DNA of 64,000 nucleotides, from contig CAZMOM010000008.1 in NCBI GenBank assembly GCA_964568075.1, forward strand, positions 5,430 to 69,429. Direction: 5' to 3'. Numbering within the stretch: the stretch's first letter is position 1; each line of letters begins with the position of its first letter. The notes under the pieces are model-generated. The model was not told the origin of the DNA. It made no database searches and worked only from the letters and a program-made list of their open reading frames with translations. Origin of the DNA: an uncultured Gammaproteobacteria bacterium (GTDB lineage Bacteria; Pseudomonadota; Gammaproteobacteria; Steroidobacterales; MnTg04). Below, one piece after another: positions 20,921 to 33,544 of the stretch. A program made the position numbers and the translations under genes.

Positions 20921-21027
20921 TAATTCGTCCCAGTCTATAGAATTCTGACGAATACCGTTGCTATCACAGGACACCAACTGGCGCGAGGGCAGCGAAGCAC
21001 CGGCCTGCTGGACAAGTGGCCTTGAAG

Positions 21028-21050
21028 TATTTTAGACTTAGTCTAAAATA
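21028..21050. promoter_or_regulatory. Perfect 10-3-10 palindrome, candidate operator in a divergent promoter region
   Basis: TATTTTAGAC-TTA-GTCTAAAATA lies between the MBL/SoxYZ operon (minus) and the TonB receptor (plus). Confidence 0.45.
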
Positions 21051-21227
21051 GCTCGGTTTTCCGGTTCGCGTCGATAGAACGGAGCTGGGCACCACACGCG
21101 CTCGAATTGAGCAGGAATACTCAGGCAAATACCTGGCGCGGGCTCGCACGACAAAACCCTGTCAGTTACCGGCCTTGCGTACGCAAACTGAACAGTTGCC
21201 TGAAAATAAAAAAAGTGAGAATAACAA

Positions 21228-24480
<3,253 letters not shown>

Positions 24481-24824
24481 CGTCTTACAGTCAGCAAATC
24501 GGTCGATTGGAGGGGATCCCAGGGCCGGCATGGAGTCGGCAAATAGGATTCAAGGTTGACTATGGCGCAGTGGAGCAGCATTCTGTCGCGGAACAAGAAA
24601 GATAAGCGTGACGGTCGCCGTAGCGAGGGGAACCGTTACATCTGAAACCAACGCCGCAGGTGGATACCTGAAGCCTTATTGAGTATCAGAGAACCGCCTT
24701 CAAGGCCTCCCGTGATCGTCACAGTGAACCGCGATGCATCGCAACAGGTTTTGATTCGTTGGTTTTTCGTTGGTGTATGCACCGGGAGTCGACGGCGCAT
24801 TTTCGAAATGATGGGAGATTTGAG

Positions 24825-26090
24825 ATGATAATTAAACAATTCAAGAGTTCGGTCTTCGCGTTGACGGGAATGATTATCCTGCTTTTCACGTCGATTGATG
24901 CTCAGGCTTTCGAGTCAATGAAGATGGGCGATTGGGACGTCGACATCAGCGGCAATATTAACGCCTTTTTCACGAATATTGACTGCGATGCAAAAGGCAA
25001 CGGCGTTGTACAGTCCGGCCTGGCTTGCGGCTCATTAACGGGCTTTGACTACGATTCGGGAAATGTGCAGACGGGCTTATTGCCGTCCTGGTTCGGGTTC
25101 CACGCCAAGCAGGATTCCAAGGGCTATACCACGGAAATCACTATCGGCTTCCAACCGGGTGTCGACGGAGGGGGCGGCGCCATTGACACTGGCCTGGCCC
25201 TGAACTCGGAAAACCTGCGGCAGGTCAATCTCAAGTTCGGTGCCGACTGGGGCTCGATTATGCTCGGGCGCGATCTCGGCGTATTCGGTTCTGACGCGAT
25301 CCTTGCGGACATGACCTTGCTGGGTGTCGGCACTGTGTCCGACTTAGCTGTTTTTGGCGGTAATACGACACTGGGTCGGATCGGGGTCGGGTATGTATAC
25401 GCCGACTGGAAGGCCCAGATTCAGTACTCGTCACCCAGCTGGGACGGGTTTTCATTTAACCTTGCTATCGTTGACCCTTGGGGCCTCGTCGACCTGTCCG
25501 CCGCCGGCGGGCCCAGTCTGAGTCTCGATCAGGGTTCCTTCGGTCAGGACCCCGATACCTACGGTTTCGAAGGCAAAGCCGTCTATAAGTTCGGCGGCGA
25601 TGACGACTCCACGGTCAGCGGCAAGGTATGGGCCAGCTTTATCACCCAGGCATTGGATAGTTCGGCGTTCGCCAACCAGGACGCAACAGGATTTGATGTC
25701 GGAGCCAAAGTCGAACTTAACGACTTTGAACTCGTCGGGTATTACTACAGCGGGGACGGAATCGGCACCCTCGGCTTTCTATGGGACGCCGTAGATTTAA
25801 GTGGCAACACCCGCGATTCGGACGGTTTCTATGCGCAGGCAACTTACAAGGCACCGGGCTCGGGCACGAAGTTTGGCGTCAGCTTTGGCGAGAGCAATCT
25901 CGATCTCGCGCCGGGCGAAGCGGTCTCTGCCCTGGTAGAGACCAACGAGTCTTTCGTCATAGGCGTGTATCATCCGTTGACCCCAGCGCTGAACCTCGTA
26001 CTCGAGTACACGAATACGGAAGCGACAGCGCACAACGGTAATAGCGCAGAAGAAAGCACCATCGCCATCGGCGCCATCCTGTTCTACTAG
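24825..26090 (+). CDS. Outer-membrane porin (Gram-negative general porin type)
   Basis: Signal peptide (IDAQA-FE), alternating beta-strand pattern, Gly/Asp-rich loops, and a C-terminal aromatic residue (AILFY). Confidence 0.75.
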   Translation: MIIKQFKSSVFALTGMIILLFTSIDAQAFESMKMGDWDVDISGNINAFFTNIDCDAKGNGVVQSGLACGSLTGFDYDSGNVQTGLLPSWFGFHAKQDSKGYTTEITIGFQPGVDGGGGAIDTGLALNSENLRQVNLKFGADWGSIMLGRDLGVFGSDAILADMTLLGVGTVSDLAVFGGNTTLGRIGVGYVYADWKAQIQYSSPSWDGFSFNLAIVDPWGLVDLSAAGGPSLSLDQGSFGQDPDTYGFEGKAVYKFGGDDDSTVSGKVWASFITQALDSSAFANQDATGFDVGAKVELNDFELVGYYYSGDGIGTLGFLWDAVDLSGNTRDSDGFYAQATYKAPGSGTKFGVSFGESNLDLAPGEAVSALVETNESFVIGVYHPLTPALNLVLEYTNTEATAHNGNSAEESTIAIGAILFY

Positions 26091-26128
26091 TCGGGGCGGC
26101 GTTTACAAGGCGAAATAACGGTACGGGG

Positions 26129-26155
26129 CGGCGCCTTTGGGCGCCGTCTTCGTCC
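26129..26155 (+). terminator. Possible terminator after the porin gene
   Basis: CGGCGCC-TTTG-GGCGCCG hairpin followed by TCTTCGT, a weak U-tract. Confidence 0.35.
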
Positions 26156-26237
26156 CGCAGGCCTGCTTGTGATTAAGTGCCACGCGCGCGGGAAATTCAA
26201 AGTGCAAAACCGAAAACTCCAGTTGCTGCAATGTTCC

Positions 26238-27170
26238 ATGCCACGACCCGGGCAGGTCGCAGGGCTGCTGGTGGGATATCTTTGCGCTGTCCTTGCCTGC
26301 CTGCCGAGCGCTTATGCGGCTTCGAATTCGGTCATCTGGGAGCGCGGCGATCAGATCGTTAAACTGGTGCGGCAGGACGATCACTCGGCGGCACCGAACG
26401 ACCATCCGATTGGCATAACAGCCGACGAAATCGTAGCGATGCTTAAAATGCTGCGCTTGCGTTACGCCGATGAAGAGACCGACGTCACCGCGGTGTCGGT
26501 ATTCACAAAGGGGGAGATAGATAACCTCGGTAAGGCAATCGCAATCGGGCTCGGCCGCGCTACGCCGTCGCAGGACGTCATTTTTCATGTGATCGGTGCC
26601 CGCCGGCTGTCTCCAGGAGCGTTTGCAAAAAGGAACCGGGTATCTGCCGGACGCGTTTTCTATCGGGGCGGAAATCTCAATATTATTTTCGGTCAGGTCC
26701 AGTCACCGTATCGTAAGAAAAACGTGTATGGCCAGCTCGCTGAAGATTATTTTCCGCGCAACTACGGCAGCCGGACGGCGGCGGCAAAACACGATGCCGT
26801 CTTGTTGCCAAATGCGACGGCCAGTCTGTATCAAAGCGGTGGCGATGTGCGTGATGACTGGATTGTCATAGCGCTGAATGCCGCTGTCGTCGGTGACCTG
26901 CCGGACGACAAACCTGATCCGGCGCCCACACCAACTCGTGCAACCTCTGCTGCTCCGGCTGTGCTTGCGGAAACGCCGGAGGTACCATCACCACCCGCAA
27001 TCAAAAGTAACGAAATTGCAACCGGGCAACTCGAAGGAACGAGCGCCCAAGCAGCGCCGACAGCGGACATGGAGGAGCGCTTGCAAGCGTTGAAGCGGTT
27101 GCGCGAGCGCGAGCTCATCTCTGAGGATGCGTACCAATCCAAAATGACAGAGATTTTGCAGGATCTCTAG
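26238..27170 (+). CDS. Secreted protein with a Pro/Ala-rich linker and C-terminal SHOCT domain
   Basis: Signal peptide (LACLPSAYA-AS), a domain of unknown function of about 200 aa, a low-complexity linker, then RLQALKRLRERELISEDAYQSKMTEIL, which matches the SHOCT pattern. Confidence 0.6.
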   Translation: MPRPGQVAGLLVGYLCAVLACLPSAYAASNSVIWERGDQIVKLVRQDDHSAAPNDHPIGITADEIVAMLKMLRLRYADEETDVTAVSVFTKGEIDNLGKAIAIGLGRATPSQDVIFHVIGARRLSPGAFAKRNRVSAGRVFYRGGNLNIIFGQVQSPYRKKNVYGQLAEDYFPRNYGSRTAAAKHDAVLLPNATASLYQSGGDVRDDWIVIALNAAVVGDLPDDKPDPAPTPTRATSAAPAVLAETPEVPSPPAIKSNEIATGQLEGTSAQAAPTADMEERLQALKRLRERELISEDAYQSKMTEILQDL

Positions 27171-27317
27171 CCCGGCCTATTCATGAATCGTCGCGATGAT
27201 TGTGCAGAGCATTGTTTGCACACGGGATTTTCTGACCGAGTGGAATATCCCTGTATATTTCCGAGGGAAGAAAATCCCGTGTGCGGACAAGGATCAAGCA
27301 AGGGCGCGAGCGCATTC

Positions 27318-28109
27318 ATGAATAGTCCGGGCAGGGAGAGTCGGACGAGGTTCTGCCTCGTGCTTTGCGCAATTTTATTGCCAGCTGATTATGTGCGAGC
27401 CGAGGTAACGAATATCACCGTGCGCGTCATTGCGCGAAACGCACAGTATGTCGGTGACCTTGTCGAAGGCGCGTTCGTGACGATCACGGACGCCGCGAGC
27501 GGCGAGCTGCTGGCGCAGGGGATTACCACCGGAGATGCCGGTAATCCGCAACGCACGATGCGGACTCCGCGCAACCGCGGCGAGCCGATGGCTGCCAAAG
27601 GCGATGCGAAATTTGCCGCAACTTTGGATATCGACGAGCCGCGTTATCTACAGATAACCGTCTATGGCCCACTGGACAAGCGATTTATCGCGAATCGGGC
27701 TTCGGCGACCCAGTGGATTGTGCCGGGGAAACACGTAACCGGTGGCGATGGTTGGGTGTTGGAATTGGCGGGTTTGCTGGTATCGCCGAACCTTGCGGCG
27801 AGCACCGTTCCGCTGTCAACAGCGGCGAGCGGTATAGTCATCGAAGCTGAAGTGATGTTGATGTGCGGTTGCCCGATCAAACCGGGATTCTACTGGGACC
27901 CAAAAGACTACGAAGTGGTCGCGATCGTACGCCGGGGCGATCAGGACGTGGGTCGGTATCCACTCCGCTATGCCGGCGCTGCCAGCGAATTTGCAACACA
28001 ATTCACAGCGCGCATTCCGGGAGTTTATGACATCAGCGTATACGCTTATGATTCAGCGTCCGGGAATACCGGTGTGGGACAAATCGAACTAACTGTGACT
28101 GAAAATTGA
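27318..28109 (+). CDS. Hypothetical secreted protein
   Basis: Signal peptide (FCLVLCAILLPADYVRA-EV). No recognised domain. Lies 10-150 nt downstream of the SHOCT gene on the same strand. Confidence 0.5.
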   Translation: MNSPGRESRTRFCLVLCAILLPADYVRAEVTNITVRVIARNAQYVGDLVEGAFVTITDAASGELLAQGITTGDAGNPQRTMRTPRNRGEPMAAKGDAKFAATLDIDEPRYLQITVYGPLDKRFIANRASATQWIVPGKHVTGGDGWVLELAGLLVSPNLAASTVPLSTAASGIVIEAEVMLMCGCPIKPGFYWDPKDYEVVAIVRRGDQDVGRYPLRYAGAASEFATQFTARIPGVYDISVYAYDSASGNTGVGQIELTVTEN

Positions 28110-28144
28110 GCTTGCGCAAGAAATATCCGATGGCTGCGCAATCC

Positions 28145-28966
28145 TCACTCGATCTCGGCTTCGGCGAGATTTTTGACTTTATCCAGGCCGATAATTTTTT
28201 CCTTGCCGATCAACTGCACGAGATAGGCACCAGACACGTCCGAACCGGTTAAGTCCAGACCCGTAACGGACGCTTTGGTAAGGTCCGCGCCCGTCAATTC
28301 CGCGCCACGAAAATTCGCATTGTCCAGTAAGACACCTCGCATCGAGGCGTACTTGGCATCCAAACGCAACGCGTTAACATTGCGCATATCGGCGCCATCC
28401 AGTTTGGCCATTCGCAATACAGTACGCATCAAGCCCATCGATTGATTCTTCATATCGGCGCCCATATCGGCGTTGCTTAAGTCGGCTCCACGCAAGTCAG
28501 CGCGTTGAAGATTGGCAACGATTCGAGCCCCTGAAAGATTTGCGTCGCGTAGATTCGCGCGCTGCATCTGCGAAGACTTTAGACTCGCGCCCCGCAAGTC
28601 CGCGCCCTCCAGATTTGCATTTAATAACCACGCTGAGTCCAGAATCGTATCGCGTAAATTTGCGCCTCTTAGGTCGGTATTATTCAATCGTGCCCAGCGC
28701 AAATTTGCACCTTTGAAATCGACACGCCGCAAATCGAGCCCCGAAAGTCGTTTACTCGTCAAATCGATGCGCTCATTCACCGTCGCCCTGGACAAAATTG
28801 CCAGGAGTTCCTGGCGCGTCAGCTCCGATTTGGTCATTTCATCGCTGGTCAAATCGACATAATCCATCGGGTCCTGCCCGCTGGCCCGATCGAGTGGCCA
28901 AAACAGGATAGCGCAGCCCAATAGAACGCAAAACACGCTACGACTCGAAATGATCATTCCTTCCAT
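28145..28966 (-). CDS. Secreted pentapeptide-repeat protein
   Basis: Signal peptide followed by about 35 consecutive A(D/N)LxX pentapeptides ([33 protein letters not shown]...). Confidence 0.85.
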   Translation of the reverse strand: [273 protein letters not shown]

Positions 28967-29568
28967 TTTTTGCTTCCAAAATTAATTTTTTTCTGTCAGT
29001 TGAAAGACAGTGTAAATAACCTTAGCACATGAGTAAAGCTTGTAATTCAATGCACCGGCTGTGGCGCCGGGATACGCGCATTTAAGACAATCCGGCGACA
29101 TGCAGCCGCGAATCAGGGTTGCGCTGTTGACCGTTGCGACCGAAGCCTTGTTTTGCAGACTGCAGTTTAGCCGAGACTACGCCAGCCCGTTTGTTGCATA
29201 AGGTCAGTGGCTACTTTCTATCGCCGAACAACTCGGATGCGCCAACCGCACAGCCGCATGATGTCTGCTGCGGAAATTGGCGCCACTATGTGGGCTCGGG
29301 CAGACTCAACCAAAATTCTCTCTAAATTCAAGGAATTGGTCGCCGCCCAAATCAATATCGCGGCTAATTCCTCAAACTGTGACCTGCATCACACATTTTT
29401 CACAATTTGACTGCCTATACGGCGAATTCGGACACCGCATTGTCCTCCCGTTTCGCACAAACTGTACCTTAGAACGTGGCCAAGTAGGCCAATTGAGGTT
29501 TGGTCCTGTCGCTGGCCGCGTGAAATCGCAGAGCAATTCGGCTCTCGATACGAATGCGGTAACCGACT

Positions 29569-30006
29569 ATGATGGAACTGGACACTATTTTAGCAATACT
29601 TCTTGGCTGGGCTTCCTATCTGTCCGGCTATCCCATGCCTTCTGATCCGCCCGAAGTCCGGTTCGAGCAACATGCGTTTTTTGTTGAGAATGTCTGTGGC
29701 GGCAGCGAGTGTAGTGTCGTTGGTTGGTATAACGACGCGGACGTCGTCTATATCGATGAACGGTATCGCACTGTTGAGAGTCAATTCGCGACAAGTCTGG
29801 TGGTACACGAGTTCACCCACTATTTGCAACACAAAAGTGACACTTTTGACTCCCTGTCGTGCGAGGACAGCATCGCACGCGAACGGGAGGCCTATTATGT
29901 TCAAAATCTCTATATCATTGACGCGCTCGCGACAGTCCAAATGATCCGCCCAAGTCCCACAACCTGCAATTACGCCATTGCGGGAATGAGTCCTCACGGG
30001 GATTAG
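29569..30006 (+). CDS. Hypothetical small protein with an HExxH motif
   Basis: 145 aa with a hydrophobic N-terminus and VVHEFTHYLQH (zinc-metallopeptidase-like HExxH). Isolated within a gene-poor region. Confidence 0.4.
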   Translation: MMELDTILAILLGWASYLSGYPMPSDPPEVRFEQHAFFVENVCGGSECSVVGWYNDADVVYIDERYRTVESQFATSLVVHEFTHYLQHKSDTFDSLSCEDSIAREREAYYVQNLYIIDALATVQMIRPSPTTCNYAIAGMSPHGD

Positions 30007-30780
30007 CGCGATTTTTTCACCTGCCCCTCCTAATTTAACCGTCGCATAAGTCACACAGCCGATCTCCCGTACAAATGGTGCAGACCGCCTGATCACTTCA
30101 GCTCAACTGCCCTGCCCTCTTCGATAGGCTGATCCACTCTTCCGTCGGGCGCATCCTTTTCCAGGGATAGATGGGAAAAGATCAGCGGTTGTCACACTTT
30201 TGTCACAGTGCGAACGTTAGCCAACGTGACGTAACGTGATCAATTGTTATCAAAAAAAATATCTTATCTGAATGTTTTATCTGGTGTTATTCTGTAAGTT
30301 CTTGATTACGAACGGGTATGGCCTTGTATTCGGGAGGCAGGGGCCGTAGGTTCAAATCTTCTCACCCCGGCCGCTATTCCCTCTAACGTTCATTACAGTG
30401 AGCGTCAACTCACGAGAGTTCTGCGGGTTGCCGGGCTGTCCAATGCCGGCATTTTGTTGGCCACCGCTAACCGGCGAATTGCCGGCACTAAAACCCCTCT
30501 ATCGTTGGTACGCCTATGTGTTGGAGTCCTCAGTGCATGAGCACTGTCTGGGGTCGACACCTGCGTAAAGAACTTCACCAGGCGTAAATTGACCTGGCTA
30601 CGGGGTGCAGGTCATAGCGACCCACGGTATAGTCGATGGCAGGCAAAAAACCAATTCGAGCTCAGTACTCTTGTCATTTACCGGCAACCGGCTGCAAAAT
30701 TTAAGCGAAATGGCGTCTATTGATTTAGTCTGAGCATATCGTCTCGACTCATGCCCCATAAAAATACGGCGCGGTATCCG

Positions 30781-31407
30781 ATGAGCAAACACAAATCTTC
30801 CTCCAAATCAATCATCCGTGTTGGCGTCGCGGACAAGAGTCCGTTAGTGCAGGCGGCTCTGTTACACCTGTTTGCAGAGGATCAGCGTTTCGAACTGGTC
30901 GATGTGTGGGCTGATGGTGAGTCAATGCTGAAATCGATTGATCAGTGCGCTCTGAATATTGTGGTAACAGGCTGGATAATCAGCCCCGGGAACGCGAAAT
31001 ACATACTTGATCAGTTACGAGCCCATGCAAACGCACCACGGATCATTGTTTATTCCGGTGCAGAAGGCGAGTCCGTACCGGCGCAGGTCATGACGCACGG
31101 TGGCGCGGCATTTGTGTCCAAGAGAGAACAGCCGGAATATTTGCTCGATACAGTCGCGGCTGTCGCAGAGGGCCGCATGGTCTTTCCGTTCCTCGATGTG
31201 CGAAAGATCCACCGGAACCCTTTGACATCGCTCACGAAACGGGAGCTGGAAGTGCTTTCAACACTGGCTGCCGGGCACACGAACAAGCAGATCGCTGCCG
31301 CTCACGGCGTATCGCCCAATACCGTCAAATTTCACATCAAGAACCTGTTCGAAAAGCTGGGAGTAAATAATCGTGGTCAGGCCATTGCACTGTATCTAAA
31401 GTCGTAA
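30781..31407 (+). CDS. LuxR/NarL-family regulator with an atypical (pseudo-)receiver domain
   Basis: C-terminal LuxR HTH (TKRELEVLSTLAAGHTNKQIAAAHGVSPNTVKFHIKNLFEKLGV). The receiver-like N-terminus has T/G (NIVVTGWII) where the phospho-acceptor Asp normally sits. Confidence 0.85.
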   Translation: MSKHKSSSKSIIRVGVADKSPLVQAALLHLFAEDQRFELVDVWADGESMLKSIDQCALNIVVTGWIISPGNAKYILDQLRAHANAPRIIVYSGAEGESVPAQVMTHGGAAFVSKREQPEYLLDTVAAVAEGRMVFPFLDVRKIHRNPLTSLTKRELEVLSTLAAGHTNKQIAAAHGVSPNTVKFHIKNLFEKLGVNNRGQAIALYLKS

Positions 31408-31580
31408 CAGCGCGACCCTACCTATTTGAGTGGGTTATTACCCATTCCAATACCATGATACTACCCTCCATAAGGATGTGCCCGCGCTGTTCGACTCTCA
31501 ATATTATTCGTTCCATTGACCGGATATAGTGTTGAATCAAGTCAAAACGACCCAAATGAGCCAGCAATAAGCGAGGCGAA

Positions 31581-32627
31581 ATGAAGCAATTCCAAACACT
31601 CGAAAACTACCTGCAAACACAAGTAGCGGACGATGACATTCGATCGGCCGTTGCCACAACCATTCTTTGCATCGCCGCAGCAGCCATAAGAATCAAAAAC
31701 CTCGTGGCTCGAGGCCCACTGGCCGGCCGGTTGGATGCGGCCCGCGGCGACAACACGGACGGTGATGCCCAGAAAGAGCTGGATTTGATCGCCAACGATT
31801 ATATTATTGAAGCTCTGCAAAGCGCACCGATCGCATACCTGGTTTCGGAAGAACTGGATCAACCGGTGCTACTACATAAAGCTGCGCCGTTGTTAGTGAC
31901 AATTGACCCGCTGGACGGGTCCTCCAATATCGAGACCAACGCCGCCGTCGGCACGATCTTCTCGATATTGCCAGCAGTCGGTTCTGAAAAAGACCTGACC
32001 GACGATGCCGTTCTGCAGGCCGGTGTCAATCAACTGGCCGCCGGCTACTGCATCTATGGACCGCAAACTTCGCTCGTACTGACACTCGGCGCCGGTACGC
32101 ACATTTTTACACTGGACCCGGTGCAGGGTGAGTTTCATTTGACCACGCCCAATGCACAGATCGCGGAAACGACACGGGAGTTTGCGATCAATGTGTCGAA
32201 TTTCCGACATTGGGACCAACACATTCGCGCCTACATCGATGACTGCCTGGATGGTGAGGACGGCTTGCGAAAGAGCAACTACAACATGCGCTGGGTTGCA
32301 TCGCTGGTCGCAGAGTGTCATCGAATTCTGTCCCGTGGCGGCATCTTCCTGTATCCCGGCGACGCCCGCAAAGGCTATGCACAGGGTCGATTACGTCTTC
32401 TTTACGAATGCAACCCGGTAGCGTTCCTGATCGAACAGGCCGGCGGCGGCGCGACAACCGGACACCAGCGAATTCTGGATCTGAAACCCGAAAAAGTACA
32501 TCAGCGGGCACCGATGATCTTTGGCTCGCGCCGCGAGATTAGACGCGTTGAGCGCTACTACGCCGAATGTGACAGGACGGGCGAGAGATCGCCGTTGTTC
32601 AACAAGCGTGGACTGTTTCGCGTCTGA
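31581..32627 (+). CDS. cbbF: Class 1 fructose-1,6-bisphosphatase (Calvin-cycle FBPase/SBPase)
   Basis: DPLDGSSNIETNAAVGTIFSI, MRWVASLVAECHRIL, GGIFLYPGD; GAGG upstream of the ATG. Confidence 0.92.
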   Translation: MKQFQTLENYLQTQVADDDIRSAVATTILCIAAAAIRIKNLVARGPLAGRLDAARGDNTDGDAQKELDLIANDYIIEALQSAPIAYLVSEELDQPVLLHKAAPLLVTIDPLDGSSNIETNAAVGTIFSILPAVGSEKDLTDDAVLQAGVNQLAAGYCIYGPQTSLVLTLGAGTHIFTLDPVQGEFHLTTPNAQIAETTREFAINVSNFRHWDQHIRAYIDDCLDGEDGLRKSNYNMRWVASLVAECHRILSRGGIFLYPGDARKGYAQGRLRLLYECNPVAFLIEQAGGGATTGHQRILDLKPEKVHQRAPMIFGSRREIRRVERYYAECDRTGERSPLFNKRGLFRV

Positions 32628-32653
32628 AGGCGAAAGGACCGGGGTATAAAAAC

Positions 32654-33529
32654 ATGTCAATCGCTCATCCCATCATTTCAGTCACAGGCTCATCGGGCGC
32701 CGGTACCACATCGGTCAAGCTCACATTTGATCAGATATTCCGGCGCGAGGGCGTCAGCGCCGCTTTTGTCGAGGGTGATGCGTTCCATCGCTACGACCGT
32801 GCCGAGATGAAACAGGTTATGTCCGACGAGGCCGCCAAAGGCAACAATCACTTCAGCCACTTCGGCCCCGAGGCAAATCTGTTTGACAAACTCGAGGCGG
32901 TATTTCGCGATTTCGGTGAGACCGGTAGCGGAAAAACGCGGCACTACGTGCACGATGCCGACGAGGTCGAGCTCTATGGCGCGGATCCTGGAACGTTCAC
33001 AGACTGGGAGGATACGCCGGAAGGCGCCGATCTCCTCTTCTATGAAGGCTTGCATGGCGCGGTGGTCACTGACGCAGTCGATGTCGCGCAGTATGCCGAT
33101 GTCAAGATCGGCATCGTGCCGGTCATCAATCTTGAGTGGATTCAGAAACTGCACCGGGACAAAACGGAACGCGGCTATTCGTACGAGGCCGTTATGGACA
33201 CCATTCTGCGCCGCATGCCCGACTACATTCACTTCATAACCCCGCAGTTCAGTCGGACCGATATCAATTTTCAGCGTATTCCGACTGTCGATACGTCGAA
33301 TCCGGAGATCGCGCGCTTGATTCCGACACCGGACGAATCGATGGTTGTGATTCGCTTTCGGAATCCACACGGCATCGACTTTCCCTATCTACTGGCCATG
33401 ATCCACGACAGCTTCATGTCTCGTTCCAATTCCATCGTCATTCCCGGCAATAAACTGGATCTCGCGCTGCAACTGATTCTGACGCCGATGATCATGCAGC
33501 TCATCGAACGAAAAAGACGCGCGGTCTAA
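32654..33529 (+). CDS. cbbP: Phosphoribulokinase
   Basis: HPIISVTGSSGAGTTSV P-loop, EGDAFHRYDR, NLEWIQKLHRDK; about 290 aa, the bacterial PRK type. Confidence 0.93.
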   Translation: MSIAHPIISVTGSSGAGTTSVKLTFDQIFRREGVSAAFVEGDAFHRYDRAEMKQVMSDEAAKGNNHFSHFGPEANLFDKLEAVFRDFGETGSGKTRHYVHDADEVELYGADPGTFTDWEDTPEGADLLFYEGLHGAVVTDAVDVAQYADVKIGIVPVINLEWIQKLHRDKTERGYSYEAVMDTILRRMPDYIHFITPQFSRTDINFQRIPTVDTSNPEIARLIPTPDESMVVIRFRNPHGIDFPYLLAMIHDSFMSRSNSIVIPGNKLDLALQLILTPMIMQLIERKRRAV

Positions 33530-33544
33530 CAAGAGGAATTTTTC

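Noticed and set aside
30296-30372. Possible tRNA gene (GGTTCAAATC T-loop box and an anticodon-stem-like GTTC...GAAC).
   Set aside because: There is no 5' acceptor strand complementary to ACCCCGG, the T-stem does not pair, and the putative anticodon loop has 8 nt. It is treated only as a tRNA-like remnant (see the finding at 28967-30780).
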